Source: Eukaryota sp. TZLM1-RC
Lineage: Eukaryota; Protista; Metamonada: BaSk clade
Direction: 5' to 3'
Assembly: GCA_040285825.1 (NCBI GenBank)
Contig: JAUPSS010000005.1
Location: 310,001 to 374,000 of the forward strand
DNA: 64,000 nucleotides
The notes beneath the pieces are model-generated. The model was not told where the DNA came from, did not search any database, and was given only the letters and a program-made list of their open reading frames with translations. The number at the start of each line of letters is the position of its first letter. Within the stretch, counting starts at the first letter, position 1. Of the stretch, positions 35,500 through 45,845 are shown one piece after another. Made by a program: the position numbers and the translations under genes.

Positions 35500-35640
35500 T
35501 CAATTGAACATATTTCAACATAATATTTTCAGTATAAGCATCATTAATTTTTCTTCATCAATCTTTATTTTCAATTTCATTTCCGTTTGCTTTTTTCCAA
35601 CCATTCTGTGACCAAATAGACATTTATCTACAATAGATGA
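35500..35640 (-). pseudogene. RNase HI-like remnant
   Basis: Manual translation MSIWSQNGWKKANGNEIENKD**RKI resembles the RNase HI W..NGWKT..G..VKN.DLW motif. Confidence 0.55.
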
Positions 35641-36096
35641 TACACAAATTGAAGCAGCTGCACCCACTCTTAAACATCTAATTCTTCATTACTCTTGACA
35701 TTGTGAAGTCCAAGGTAACAGAACCTTTTTCCTTTTGTTACCCAGCCTCATCAAGTACCTTTGAGCTCCATTAATCCAGTATTCCTGAAATCTTGGCTTT
35801 TGGATTCAGTAATGGGTTTCTCTTTTGACACGGATATCCTTCTTAAATTCCAGCCTATTGAAATAGATTGAGGTTTTTGTAATAGAAGTTAATGTAATTT
35901 TATAGTTCCAAAATTAAGTGAAATATTCCACGGAATTCCGGAACGAACTTTGTTTCATTTAAAGGTATGTACTAGTTGTATGTTGTTCAATTTAGTTCCT
36001 TAAGTGAAGCAAGATAAAGCACCAAAAAACAACAATCCTAACATGAATAATATTAATTAAACAAAAAGACGCAAAATAAACAAAAACAAAAACTAA

Positions 36097-36393
36097 CTAA
36101 TCAGCTTCATTAAGCTCCAAGGCTCTCTCATACTGAACAAACTCTTTTTCCCGACATTCACAGACCGAGAACCAAGGCGTGTGTACCTTGTCACGATCTG
36201 GAAGCCAATCTTAAGAGATAAATACATCGCAATCATTCATTGGAATCCGACCATAAATCCCAACCAGCTTCTCACCTGAAATATCGTTAAGATCTTTAAC
36301 ATAGGCGTTGGGGCAAGAACGGTGATTAACGTACTTATCCAGACAAGCATCCATACGACCATCAAGCCATTGGCCATCGGATAAAATAACAAA
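36097..36393 (-). pseudogene. SET-domain C-terminal remnant with post-SET CxC
   Basis: Manual translation WLDGRMDACLDKYVNHRSCPNA...GEKLVGIYG...FIS*DW...CECRE resembles the SET 'R(F/Y)INHSCxPN...EL..DY...CxC' signature; one in-frame stop. Confidence 0.6.
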
Positions 36394-36394
36394 C

Positions 36395-36420
36395 TGTTAG
36401 ACTTGAATAGTATTTATAGT
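36395..36420 (+). repeat. Remnant of a family-B LTR 5' end
   Basis: TGTTAGACTTGAATAGTATTTATAGT matches the first 26 bp of 49138 at 25/26. Confidence 0.75.
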
Positions 36421-36697
36421 ATAGTACTACACACTGTATGAATTCTAACACACAGCAGCCAAGACCATCAAAACAATAAATGATGCTTTGAATCACAATG
36501 ATTAAGAAATTTGTGAAGAAAGAAATGACAAAATGAATAGTAACAAAATATAAACTGTATTTATTGCCTCTAGGTGCTGAAATTATTCATTATTGTGAAG
36601 GAAAAGCTTTGAGGTTCAAAAGGTCTTCAAAAAAAGAAATTGGAAGCTAATTTTTCAACAATACTAGTGACTTTCAACACCATTCAATACCATTCGG

Positions 36698-36910
36698 ATG
36701 GAAGCAACTCACGACGAAACACCCAAGGACATACAGAGCGAGATGAACAATGCAACTCTTCCTATAAGAGCATATCTCGACCAGAGTGTCGTTCCTGTGC
36801 TACTCCAAGGACTTGCAGCATTGGCAAAAGAACGACCGAGTAAGCCTGTTCAGTTCCTGGCAGCTTACTTACTGAAGAATGATCCAGATAACCAGGAGGA
36901 GGACGAATAA
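36698..36910 (+). CDS. DPY30: Dpy-30 motif protein
   Basis: [41 protein letters not shown]. Confidence 0.92.
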   Translation: MEATHDETPKDIQSEMNNATLPIRAYLDQSVVPVLLQGLAALAKERPSKPVQFLAAYLLKNDPDNQEEDE

Positions 36911-37053
36911 CTACCATTATCTGCTATTCACTATCTTTCGACACTGTATAAATGTATCTTTTTTATGTGTTTTATCATGTTATCACTTGTCTGTCCATCA
37001 ACGTTAACAGACAAGCATCAACATTTACTCAATTTCAATCATTTTCGAACACC

Positions 37054-37983
37054 ATGGTTGTTGTTGAAGTAAATGGACAGCTTTATGATGTAACTCGGTA
37101 CATGAAGTTTCATCCTGGTGGAAAGCTTGTATTTGACATGCATGATGGTGACGATATCACAGACATACTCGTTTCAAAACACATCCACAAGCACTCTCAC
37201 AATGCGTTCAATCTATTGGGTAGCAATGCTGTTCCAAAGTCTTCTGCAGCCCCAACATTCTCTACATACCATGAAGACCCCAACATCCCTATACAGGACC
37301 GTCTCAGGAATATGCACATGGATTACAACACATGGACATATCTCCCGATATTAAATGAACCTCAATACAGAATCTTTAAAAGTGCTGTCCTTGAATTCTT
37401 CACACTTTCGCCATGGTATTTAGTGCTTATTTGGTTGCCAGTTGCGTTGTTCTGTGCGGTATTGGGATTTGTAAAGTCACATGACTTGCTATCTGTTCTA
37501 ACTTTAAGTATTGTTGGTTTTCTTTGCTGGGTTCCCTTTGAATACTACGTGCACAAGTATGTCTTCCATTTGAGGTCAAATAACAGGTACCTTCAAATAG
37601 TACAGTTCATAATTCACGGGAATCACCATAAGAACCCATTAAGCGAGAAGAGATTAGTGTTTCCTGTGATTCCGGCAGGTGTTATTTTGTTTTGTATCTA
37701 TTCAATATTGCGATTGTTGGTCAATGCTGGGCAATGTTTATCATTCCTCTCAGGTTTCATCGTCAGCTATGTCCTTTATGACCTCACTCACTATGCTGTA
37801 CATTTTGTACCAGAAAAATGGTTCAAAAAGAGAAGAACCACATTAATTGGCCATCGAATTACCAATTTTATGAAGCGAATTCGACAAAATCATTTTAAAC
37901 ATCATTTTGATGATCACACTAAGCATTTTGGAATTAGTCCACAGTTGAATCTCCTACTTTGGCAAATTTCATTGTTTTATTAG
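37054..37983 (+). CDS. FA2H: Cytochrome b5-fused fatty acid 2-hydroxylase (FA2H/SCS7)
   Basis: YDVT...HPGG b5 motif; His boxes EYYVHKYVFH, HGNHH, RLVFP, YDLTHYAVH, HFKHHF. Start at 37054 preferred; an upstream ATG at 36952 is possible. Confidence 0.92.
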   Translation: MVVVEVNGQLYDVTRYMKFHPGGKLVFDMHDGDDITDILVSKHIHKHSHNAFNLLGSNAVPKSSAAPTFSTYHEDPNIPIQDRLRNMHMDYNTWTYLPILNEPQYRIFKSAVLEFFTLSPWYLVLIWLPVALFCAVLGFVKSHDLLSVLTLSIVGFLCWVPFEYYVHKYVFHLRSNNRYLQIVQFIIHGNHHKNPLSEKRLVFPVIPAGVILFCIYSILRLLVNAGQCLSFLSGFIVSYVLYDLTHYAVHFVPEKWFKKRRTTLIGHRITNFMKRIRQNHFKHHFDDHTKHFGISPQLNLLLWQISLFY

Positions 37984-38323
37984 TAAATTAGGTTTTTGTG
38001 GTCAAGTTTCAACAATTGGAAATAAATTTCTGTTTTGTACAATGAATTAATGAATTTTTATAAAATATGAATAATTGCTAGTTGTGAGTCTTCATTTATT
38101 TTTCATTTGTTAGCCAAAAACATCATAAAAAAATTAAATAATTATTTTAGTGGTTCAGTTATTTGTTAACTTTGTGAATAAAACATTTGAAAGGATTGAC
38201 TAACTGATGGAGAAAAGTTGAAAAACTCCAGTTCTTGAGTCAGTTTCTGAACAAGGTGTGGTGAGGAAAAATAGAGAAAATAAAATAGAAACTCAAAATT
38301 AATTCAATAAGCAACATAAGCCA

Positions 38324-41300
38324 CTATTGATCGATTCTTTTCATTGCAGCCTTAACCAACTCCAAGCACTTGAAATCATTATACCTTGATAGTATAAGCA
38401 AAGCTTCAGAAAAACTTGAATTGCGCAATGCCAAATTAATTAATAATGGGCAGACAATATGACCATAACGATTTACCAAGAAATCGTCCATTTCAATTGA
38501 ATGCAAAACCTTGGTTACTTTTCGCTCGGTCAAGTCCAAATCAAAATCAAGATTTAAGAAAATATATATCGAAATATAATAAAAAAAGTTTTCTAAATCT
38601 GAAATGATTTCTTGATAAGATTCAAAGTTTAAATGAAAAGAATCAATAAATTCAAGAAAAGATTCTCTATAACATTTAATTAAATTTTGTAAAGAATTGT
38701 AGTTTTGATGTGCAAAATATTGGCTAAAAGTGTAATTATTTGGAAAATCCAAAACTTTAAGTAGATCAAAAATAAATCCATTTTGACCCAATGAAGCTGA
38801 CCTTTTTTGACCTGAGAGGCTAATTACCAACAGATCATGAGGATTGCAATGAGAAAGAAGTGAATGGACATCAGATAAAGAGCTCATGTTGAGGGCTTGA
38901 CAAAGACAAGCTGAAAATTTAACATCTTTAGCAACTGATCCCAACTGAAAATTTTCAAAACTAGAATGAAGATTGACCTCTTTTTCGGACCCAAGAATTT
39001 CCATAAGGTTGGAGACCAAGTAAAAACTGTCTTGAAACTTACATTCCCTAAGAAAAAGTATAGATTTGATTAAAAAACATCTACAATCCCAAGGATAAAG
39101 TTTTAATTGCTGGGAAATAGTTTGTGAATATAAAGAAAATTTCTGAAATTCAGAAGATATGAAAGAATTTCGCAAATTGATGGTGTTCTTGATATCATTA
39201 CAAATTTCTAAATCAATTCTTAAATTAAAGAAATAAGAACAGTCTTTACCTTCAAAATTTGATAAAAAAAGCTCGACATCATTTAGAGATGCCAAATTTT
39301 CACCTAAATAGAAAAGAACTGAAGCTCTGCGACGGAGACAGGCCATTTTGATCTCTTGGTGAGCTTCTTTCTGAACATGACTCAAATTTTGCGAAATTTT
39401 AGAAAACTTATCAGAAGAAAGAAAGTTAATACATTCTGAATATTTAAATGCAACCTGGTCAAAATTTAAAGTGGACATTGCTTCAACATGGGTAATCAAA
39501 GCCTCTGCTAGTAATGGAATAACTGATCTTTTAAACTTTTTGAGCCTGATCACGTCACCTTGAGCTCTTTTCAGGAAATGACATGACTTTTTCTTGCATT
39601 CTGAAAGACAAAGATGGAGATTGGACAAAAATCGAGCGAAAACGGCAGGGAAACAATCACAATTTGAATGTAAAACCTTGGAAAATAATTCTCTGGACCG
39701 ATAAAAATGATGGTCTCTGAAATACAAAGATCCCTGAAAAAAGTAAGTGATGTCATCCAACTGTGACACATTTAGCAAGTTAACATCGATTTCATCAAAA
39801 GTAACATCACCCAACACGTCATCTGAATGGTTATTAACCCCCAAGTGATTGCTCTTTCCTTTTCTGAAAAACATAGCTTCTGTTAACAACGCCCGCATTC
39901 GTAGTGATGGGCTTCTTGAACTCTTTTTAATTATTGATAAAATTTCTAATCCTTTACTGACATCGTTTACTTCTAATAGACCAACTGCATACAAAAGAGC
40001 CTCTACAGAAGCAGAATTTGGATTGATGATGCGGGATAACAAGTTCACCGATTCATGAGCTTGATTTGTCCAGTAAAATAGTAAGGCTGCAAGCAAATTT
40101 TTGGAAAAACTGTTGGGTGATCCTTGTTGATCCTTTCTGTCCAAAAGACATATGAGAATGAACCACAACGACAATAAATTTTGATTACTGATTTGATTAC
40201 TGATTTGATTGTTACAGTAAATACTCATTGAAACTCTACTCCAATTGTTCCAAGGGGTTAAATGATAAGACTTTTTTGAGCTACTTTTTGAACCATTTTC
40301 TTGAAGTCCCGAGACTGCCAACGCCAGACCAATATAATCTGCTGTTAAATGAACATTAGTAGAAAACTCTAATGAATGGAGGTTTTTGTTATGGAAAAAC
40401 ACAAAAAAGCAATGAATCAAACATTCTACTGGTGCTGGGGGCCTAAGAGTTAAAGCTTTGTTGAAGGAAATGAAAGCTTTTGAATTTGAATTATTGATTA
40501 AATGATTGCACCCTTGAATGATTAGTGTACGATAATCATTGAAATTTTCAATATTTGACAGAAAAGATTGACTCGAGTCAGGATCATCGAGTCTACAGTA
40601 GACAAGAGCAGAGTTCAGCAAGGTCAAAAAGTACAATTTTGAGCTTGAATCTTCTTGACTTAGTAATAAAAGATCCAATTTTGCCTGTGTATAATGTTTT
40701 AATTCCATATGGGCTTTAATCCTTAAGAACAATAAAATGCTGGACAAGGGGCAATTGTTGTATTTAAAATACTTCAAATTCTGAAATTTTTCAAAAATAA
40801 CCTCTAATTTAGCAATAAAAGATAAGGCTTCTCGAGGAAAATTTCCGGCAATAAATATTTCAATAATTCGCAAAAAGATCAAAAGATAATCTATCCTTGG
40901 CTCACTAGACATGTCACTGTCGAAATATTTGAAATTTTCATCTTGGATCAGGCTGAACCAACACTGAGCTGAATACACATACAATCCAGCTGACAAATAG
41001 AGATCAGCTAATAATTCAACAAGTGATCTTTCCAAATTTTGCACTTGTCTGGAGTTCCGCTGTGACAATCTTAGTGCAGACAAGCCTTTTCTCCCAATCA
41101 GCAAGGCTTTATGGTAGAGATCACGAGAAGATTGTAAATTTTTGCGGGCAGAAAGTTTTAAATGTCGTGCATAATAGAAACAAGTATAAGGATGTCTAGG
41201 TTGAATTTCCAAAGCCCTTTCCAGAAAGGAAACTGCTGACGTGTCAGTGGATGACGTGGCATGATATTGTGCCAGGTAAGCCTCTACCATAAGCATTTTG

Positions 41301-43132
41301 ATTGTATTTAGAGTTTGTACATCGTTTTCAGTCAAACCTTGCCGAAATTGCTCCAAGGTTTGCATCGCTAATTGTGCATCCTCTAATGCTAAAGACTTTA
41401 AATAAATTTTGGTGAATAATAAAGATCTATAAATTAAAACTTTAATTCTCGTAATGGTAGAAGTAGAAAGTGATGTAATGGTTCCTAAAAGAGAGAATGC
41501 GTGTTTGTATTTTCGATTTTTAATAAATGATTTGGCTTTCGAAATAAGAGAATCGATGTATGTGAAATCGTGTAGTGATTTCAGTGAAAATGTACCAATG
41601 GAGCGACCAAAATTTAGTGAAATTTTGGAGTAGAGATCAATCACGTCATCATTCATCACGTGATCCATCACATGATCATCTTCTTCGTCACTGAATTCGC
41701 TGAAAAAATCAATATTGACATCATCTCCTATTTCAAATTCCACTACTGGAACACTTAGCTTGATGACGGTATGGGTGAAAACCATTCTAGAATCAAATTT
41801 TGAACCAAATTTTGAACCATGAGCACCATCAGAAGACTTGTCGATATTATTAGAACCAAAAAATGTAGAATTATTACAATTATTATTAATTAAATTTGTT
41901 TCTGAGTGGTTAATTCTTGGCCGGAAACATGGCACGAAAAGAAAAGAAAAATCACCATTGACAAGCCAAGTGACTAAATATTTTTCAAAATTTGGTAATG
42001 ATGTGTATGACGAAAAAACTGATCTCTTCTCTGACTTGAACGAAATATTGCGATTGAGACACGGGGTCGTTGCTGGACAAATGTCGAAATGGTCAAAAAG
42101 CTCAAAAAATGAACTTGAAGGATCAACAAAATTTTGAAACCACTCACCAAAAATTTCCCCAAGTTTTGATGCAATTATACCAACATTATTAGTTAAAACT
42201 TCAACATTGATTGGGCCTACCTTTAAACAATGATCCGTCTGAACATAATCTTGCAAGCAAAGCGGAGTTTCTAAATACTCCACAGCAAAAGGGCCATTTT
42301 CAACTAGGTCATGATCAATCAAAATTTGATTACCACTGAAGGAATCAATCATTTCAGAGATTGATTTGATTGAACATTTTGATACGCATACAAAGGGTAA
42401 CTGTTGTTGAATTGATTGATTCTGATTTGATTGATTCTGATTTGATTGGAGGTCAAAAACTGTGAGCCCTACGTCAACTTTTTCACAAATATCTTTTATT
42501 AATGAAGAATTGGATTGTGATTTTGAAACTTTCTTTTTGTCATCCTGGGGTTCTTTTTGAGCTACCTCGCGTGATTGTTGTACAAAGTCAAGTAAGACCT
42601 TGGAAGATTCTTCATCTTGAATTAATTTTTGAAAATTAAACTCTTTATTTAAATTATTTGAAATTGACCTTGATTTATAAAAAACTTGAATGTATTCCAA
42701 AACTTTAGATGAATTCCCCTTAAAAAGAGCATCAACAGCTTTACACAATGGATGACGTGATTGATTAACTGATTTATTGGTTTTCAAAAAAGTCTTTGGT
42801 TTTCTTTCAAAGTCATCAAAAGTCAAAAGATAGGCCGAGACTATTGAAGGAACAGAGACTGGAGTTTGGACTGCTGATTTGGCTAATAATTGTTGCAATT
42901 TAGTAACAGATTCCTTGTACTCTGTTGGTAATGACCAAGTTGCGGAAGTGATGGGACCATTAGATTCCTTAGTTTTGGATGGTTTTCGTATAGTAGGTCT
43001 TCTATGGGAGATGGCAATAGATGAAACGATCTTGAGACTTGATGAGTTTGTAGTTAGTGAAAGCGGAAGGGAGGGGATGTTGACAGGAGCACTGGTCTTT
43101 GTACGTGGAGAGCTCTTATGTGAAGATGACAT
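38324..43132 (-). CDS. Large alpha-helical/TPR-like protein (about 1600 aa)
   Basis: 4.8-kb open frame with TPR-like segments (YRSLLF...ALEDAQLA, LERALEIQP, FNKALTLRP, RRASVLFYLG). The track start is non-ATG; ATG at 43132 is likely. Confidence 0.7.
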   Translation of the reverse strand: MSSSHKSSPRTKTSAPVNIPSLPLSLTTNSSSLKIVSSIAISHRRPTIRKPSKTKESNGPITSATWSLPTEYKESVTKLQQLLAKSAVQTPVSVPSIVSAYLLTFDDFERKPKTFLKTNKSVNQSRHPLCKAVDALFKGNSSKVLEYIQVFYKSRSISNNLNKEFNFQKLIQDEESSKVLLDFVQQSREVAQKEPQDDKKKVSKSQSNSSLIKDICEKVDVGLTVFDLQSNQNQSNQNQSIQQQLPFVCVSKCSIKSISEMIDSFSGNQILIDHDLVENGPFAVEYLETPLCLQDYVQTDHCLKVGPINVEVLTNNVGIIASKLGEIFGEWFQNFVDPSSSFFELFDHFDICPATTPCLNRNISFKSEKRSVFSSYTSLPNFEKYLVTWLVNGDFSFLFVPCFRPRINHSETNLINNNCNNSTFFGSNNIDKSSDGAHGSKFGSKFDSRMVFTHTVIKLSVPVVEFEIGDDVNIDFFSEFSDEEDDHVMDHVMNDDVIDLYSKISLNFGRSIGTFSLKSLHDFTYIDSLISKAKSFIKNRKYKHAFSLLGTITSLSTSTITRIKVLIYRSLLFTKIYLKSLALEDAQLAMQTLEQFRQGLTENDVQTLNTIKMLMVEAYLAQYHATSSTDTSAVSFLERALEIQPRHPYTCFYYARHLKLSARKNLQSSRDLYHKALLIGRKGLSALRLSQRNSRQVQNLERSLVELLADLYLSAGLYVYSAQCWFSLIQDENFKYFDSDMSSEPRIDYLLIFLRIIEIFIAGNFPREALSFIAKLEVIFEKFQNLKYFKYNNCPLSSILLFLRIKAHMELKHYTQAKLDLLLLSQEDSSSKLYFLTLLNSALVYCRLDDPDSSQSFLSNIENFNDYRTLIIQGCNHLINNSNSKAFISFNKALTLRPPAPVECLIHCFFVFFHNKNLHSLEFSTNVHLTADYIGLALAVSGLQENGSKSSSKKSYHLTPWNNWSRVSMSIYCNNQISNQISNQNLLSLWFILICLLDRKDQQGSPNSFSKNLLAALLFYWTNQAHESVNLLSRIINPNSASVEALLYAVGLLEVNDVSKGLEILSIIKKSSRSPSLRMRALLTEAMFFRKGKSNHLGVNNHSDDVLGDVTFDEIDVNLLNVSQLDDITYFFQGSLYFRDHHFYRSRELFSKVLHSNCDCFPAVFARFLSNLHLCLSECKKKSCHFLKRAQGDVIRLKKFKRSVIPLLAEALITHVEAMSTLNFDQVAFKYSECINFLSSDKFSKISQNLSHVQKEAHQEIKMACLRRRASVLFYLGENLASLNDVELFLSNFEGKDCSYFFNLRIDLEICNDIKNTINLRNSFISSEFQKFSLYSQTISQQLKLYPWDCRCFLIKSILFLRECKFQDSFYLVSNLMEILGSEKEVNLHSSFENFQLGSVAKDVKFSACLCQALNMSSLSDVHSLLSHCNPHDLLVISLSGQKRSASLGQNGFIFDLLKVLDFPNNYTFSQYFAHQNYNSLQNLIKCYRESFLEFIDSFHLNFESYQEIISDLENFFYYISIYIFLNLDFDLDLTERKVTKVLHSIEMDDFLVNRYGHIVCPLLINLALRNSSFSEALLILSRYNDFKCLELVKAAMKRIDQ

Positions 43133-43331
43133 TGGCGCGAGCGATGGTTCACTAAAAGGTTGAAGACGAACAAACTGTGTCCTAGATTGACTGAATGGAA
43201 TGGCTCGAGGTCTGACATATGAATAATACATGTATGTAGGAGTTACATATGTAGAAGACTGGGTTGAAAGATTGATCAATGGAAAAATCCAAATATGATT
43301 TCCAAGATTTACTGTTGCAAAACACTATAAC

Positions 43332-45090
43332 TTAAGACAGATATGGAGGCCTATCACCAACACTATCCTCTACAAAATAATCTACAATTTCCTTGATGTT
43401 GATACATGCTAACTTGTTACGATTCCATACCTTATTCTTTCCATCACATTCTTCTCTACAAACATCAGATCCACATCTTAACAAAGCATGACATTTCACA
43501 GTAGGATATTTCTCTCTCATCCATGGTCTAGGTATCTCAATATCAAGAAATACATTTACTGGTTTATAACAAGTTGGACACTTTGAAGATGTGTTTCTCT
43601 CATCAATTAAACATATTGTGTAACCATTTCTTTTAAAGAAATTTCTCCATCAAACTCCTCTACTTGATCGATGATGCTTTAAATTCTTTCTCTCATTGCC
43701 ATTGTCACCAAACATTAGGATAGTGTCTTCTTGCTTTCATTGCTTTTCAGCCATTCTTTGATAACTTAGCCTCTTTTTTCTGATGATGGACATATCTTTG
43801 CATTTTTTGAATGCGCCATATCATTAAACAGTAGTAATCAAATGTAAGTGTCGTGTTTGTCAGCTTCGAAGCAACATAAGAATAGAAATTATTATAAATA
43901 AAAGATTTTGATGATTCTTTTGATAATGTAGCTTCTGTTTCTTCCACTGTGATTCCAGTTTGTAAAATGTACTCTTTCCTTTTCAATTTTTTGAATTTTT
44001 GGTGAACTCTCGATACCCTTGACGACTCCAATTCTGTCAATCTCAGCCATTCATATTGTTTATCTCTTTTTAGTTGGTTTTTTGCATTAAGTTTGAATCA
44101 TTTTTGACTACAACAATAAAGTAATTCTCTTTTACCAGGATCAATATGTACTTTGTGTTTTGATGATAGAAATTCAACATCCAAATCATCCAGATAGTTT
44201 TCAGTGGTTGCAAACAGTGCACTATCAGGCTTGAATGACATGCCAATACAATCCTCTCTTGCAAGCTCAACACAGGCTGCAAAACTATCAGTTTTTATGG
44301 TGTTGTTAAACTTGTAGCCTTTTTTAGTAAATGGTCTATTAAATTCAAAAAAATATAACCAAAATAAATTTTGTTATTCTAGACTCATATGTTTAATGTC
44401 AGCTTTTGAATTCCACTCTGAATTATTTTTCTTGTCATTAATTTCATCATTTGTAAAAACACAACGCAAAATACCCCATAGTCCTTGGCTGTCAACTTCA
44501 AAAAATCCAGGAGTTTGATGACGTACAAATGGAATAGCATTAAATGTTTTTCCCTCAGTTTCTTCTATAAAAATATTTATCTTGATAGCTGATTTGATAA
44601 AAGATTGGAATATGTTTTTGCACAGTGCAAAGTAAGGCTTTAACTTCAATAGTCTACTCCTCATTTTTTGAATTTTTTACTACAATAGACATAGGAAAAA
44701 CTGAATTCACCCAATTCTCATCTTTCAATAATTTACAAATTTTGGAATGAGAACTCTTTAAAATAACAGTTTTTGCTGATTGATTCAAAGAATTTTCATT
44801 GTATTCGTTCAAGATTTCATCATCAGAAATTATAATGAAATTATCATTTTCATCATCAGTAGACGGAAAATTGTTACGATTAGTTGGAAGAAATAGATTC
44901 TCGACTTGACGTAACCTCCAACGAAAAACAGACTTTTCTCTTTAGGTCATCTCTTCTTCAACTTCCATTTTCTCAAAATATAGATTAATAAATTTTTCAA
45001 TGTATTGAGCACACCTCATTTGTATATTGACTTCTAAATTCGATGATTTTTTTAGTCAATTCTTTTTGAGCTGAAGTTTTCAAATGTTCA
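43332..45090 (-). pseudogene. Decayed near-full-length Fanzor1 (second family)
   Basis: NLEVNIQMRCAQYIEKFIN; FNAIPF...PGFFEVDSQ; YKFNNTIKTD; RuvC-I HIDPGKRELL (about 44130); LMFGD; RuvC-II LIDERNTSSKCPTC; HALLRC...C...VWNRNKLACINI...RPPYL*. Confidence 0.88.
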
Positions 45091-45119
45091 CTATAATTTA
45101 TTCCAATGAGAAACTAAAC

Positions 45120-45840
45120 AACAAACAGAAAATTCTAAATCTTCACATCTTAAATTGACCAAACAAAATTAACTGGAAGTTTTTCCTTCATCAAAACGAC
45201 CAAGAGATAACAAAGCTGAAGATAATAAGAGGACAACTCCTTTATAAATTGAAAATACAATTCTGTTCTGCCAAAACATTTTGTCAAAAACTCGTTCTGT
45301 CGATGTTTCACAATTTCTACAAAATCGTCCAAGAAAGATAAAGCAAGTGGTCCAAGCGTGTCATGCAGATATGAGAGAATGCAAATGGATAAAGGACATA
45401 ATGAGTACGGGATTGGGCATTCAAGGACAACAACTTTTGCAACAAGTTTCAAATTAAAAATTTATTAGTGACAACGCAAAGTTCTACTATTTTTGCATCA
45501 AATAAAGAAAGTTTAGAAATTGTTTCAGAAAAATGGAATCGATTTTTTCCTCAATCATTCAAAGGCAATATTCCTGAAGCAATTTATTTGAATTTGAAAT
45601 ACCCGCTTAGAAGATCACAAAAACGAATGACCAAAATGTATGAAAATGATCTTTTGAAAATACAAAAAAAACATACGCATCTCAGCTGTTTTAGATCAAG
45701 ATCTTCATTCATTACTATTGGAAAAAGGTATGTGCAAGAAAAAGTCATCAGATTCATCATTTGTTGTGACCTCTGCTGGACAAAGGTTTGGACTATGTGC
45801 CTAATATGAAACTTTTGTAATAAAAATGATATTATATATG
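45120..45840. mobile_element. Two RLE fragments back to back (F5 minus about 45120-45410; F3-like plus about 45468-45840)
   Basis: LCPLSI...TLGPLALSFLDD (as 56140-56330); WNRFFPQSFKGNI...LKYPLRR.QKRMT.MYE (as 19060-19200). Confidence 0.7.
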
Positions 45841-45845
45841 AATAA

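Noticed and set aside
10491-37030. TCAAC motif about 35-55 nt upstream of several ATGs (IPT gene, dpy-30, FA2H) as further copies of the shared 45-nt leader
   Set aside because: Only 5-7 nt match; may be an initiator-like element but cannot be supported by eye.
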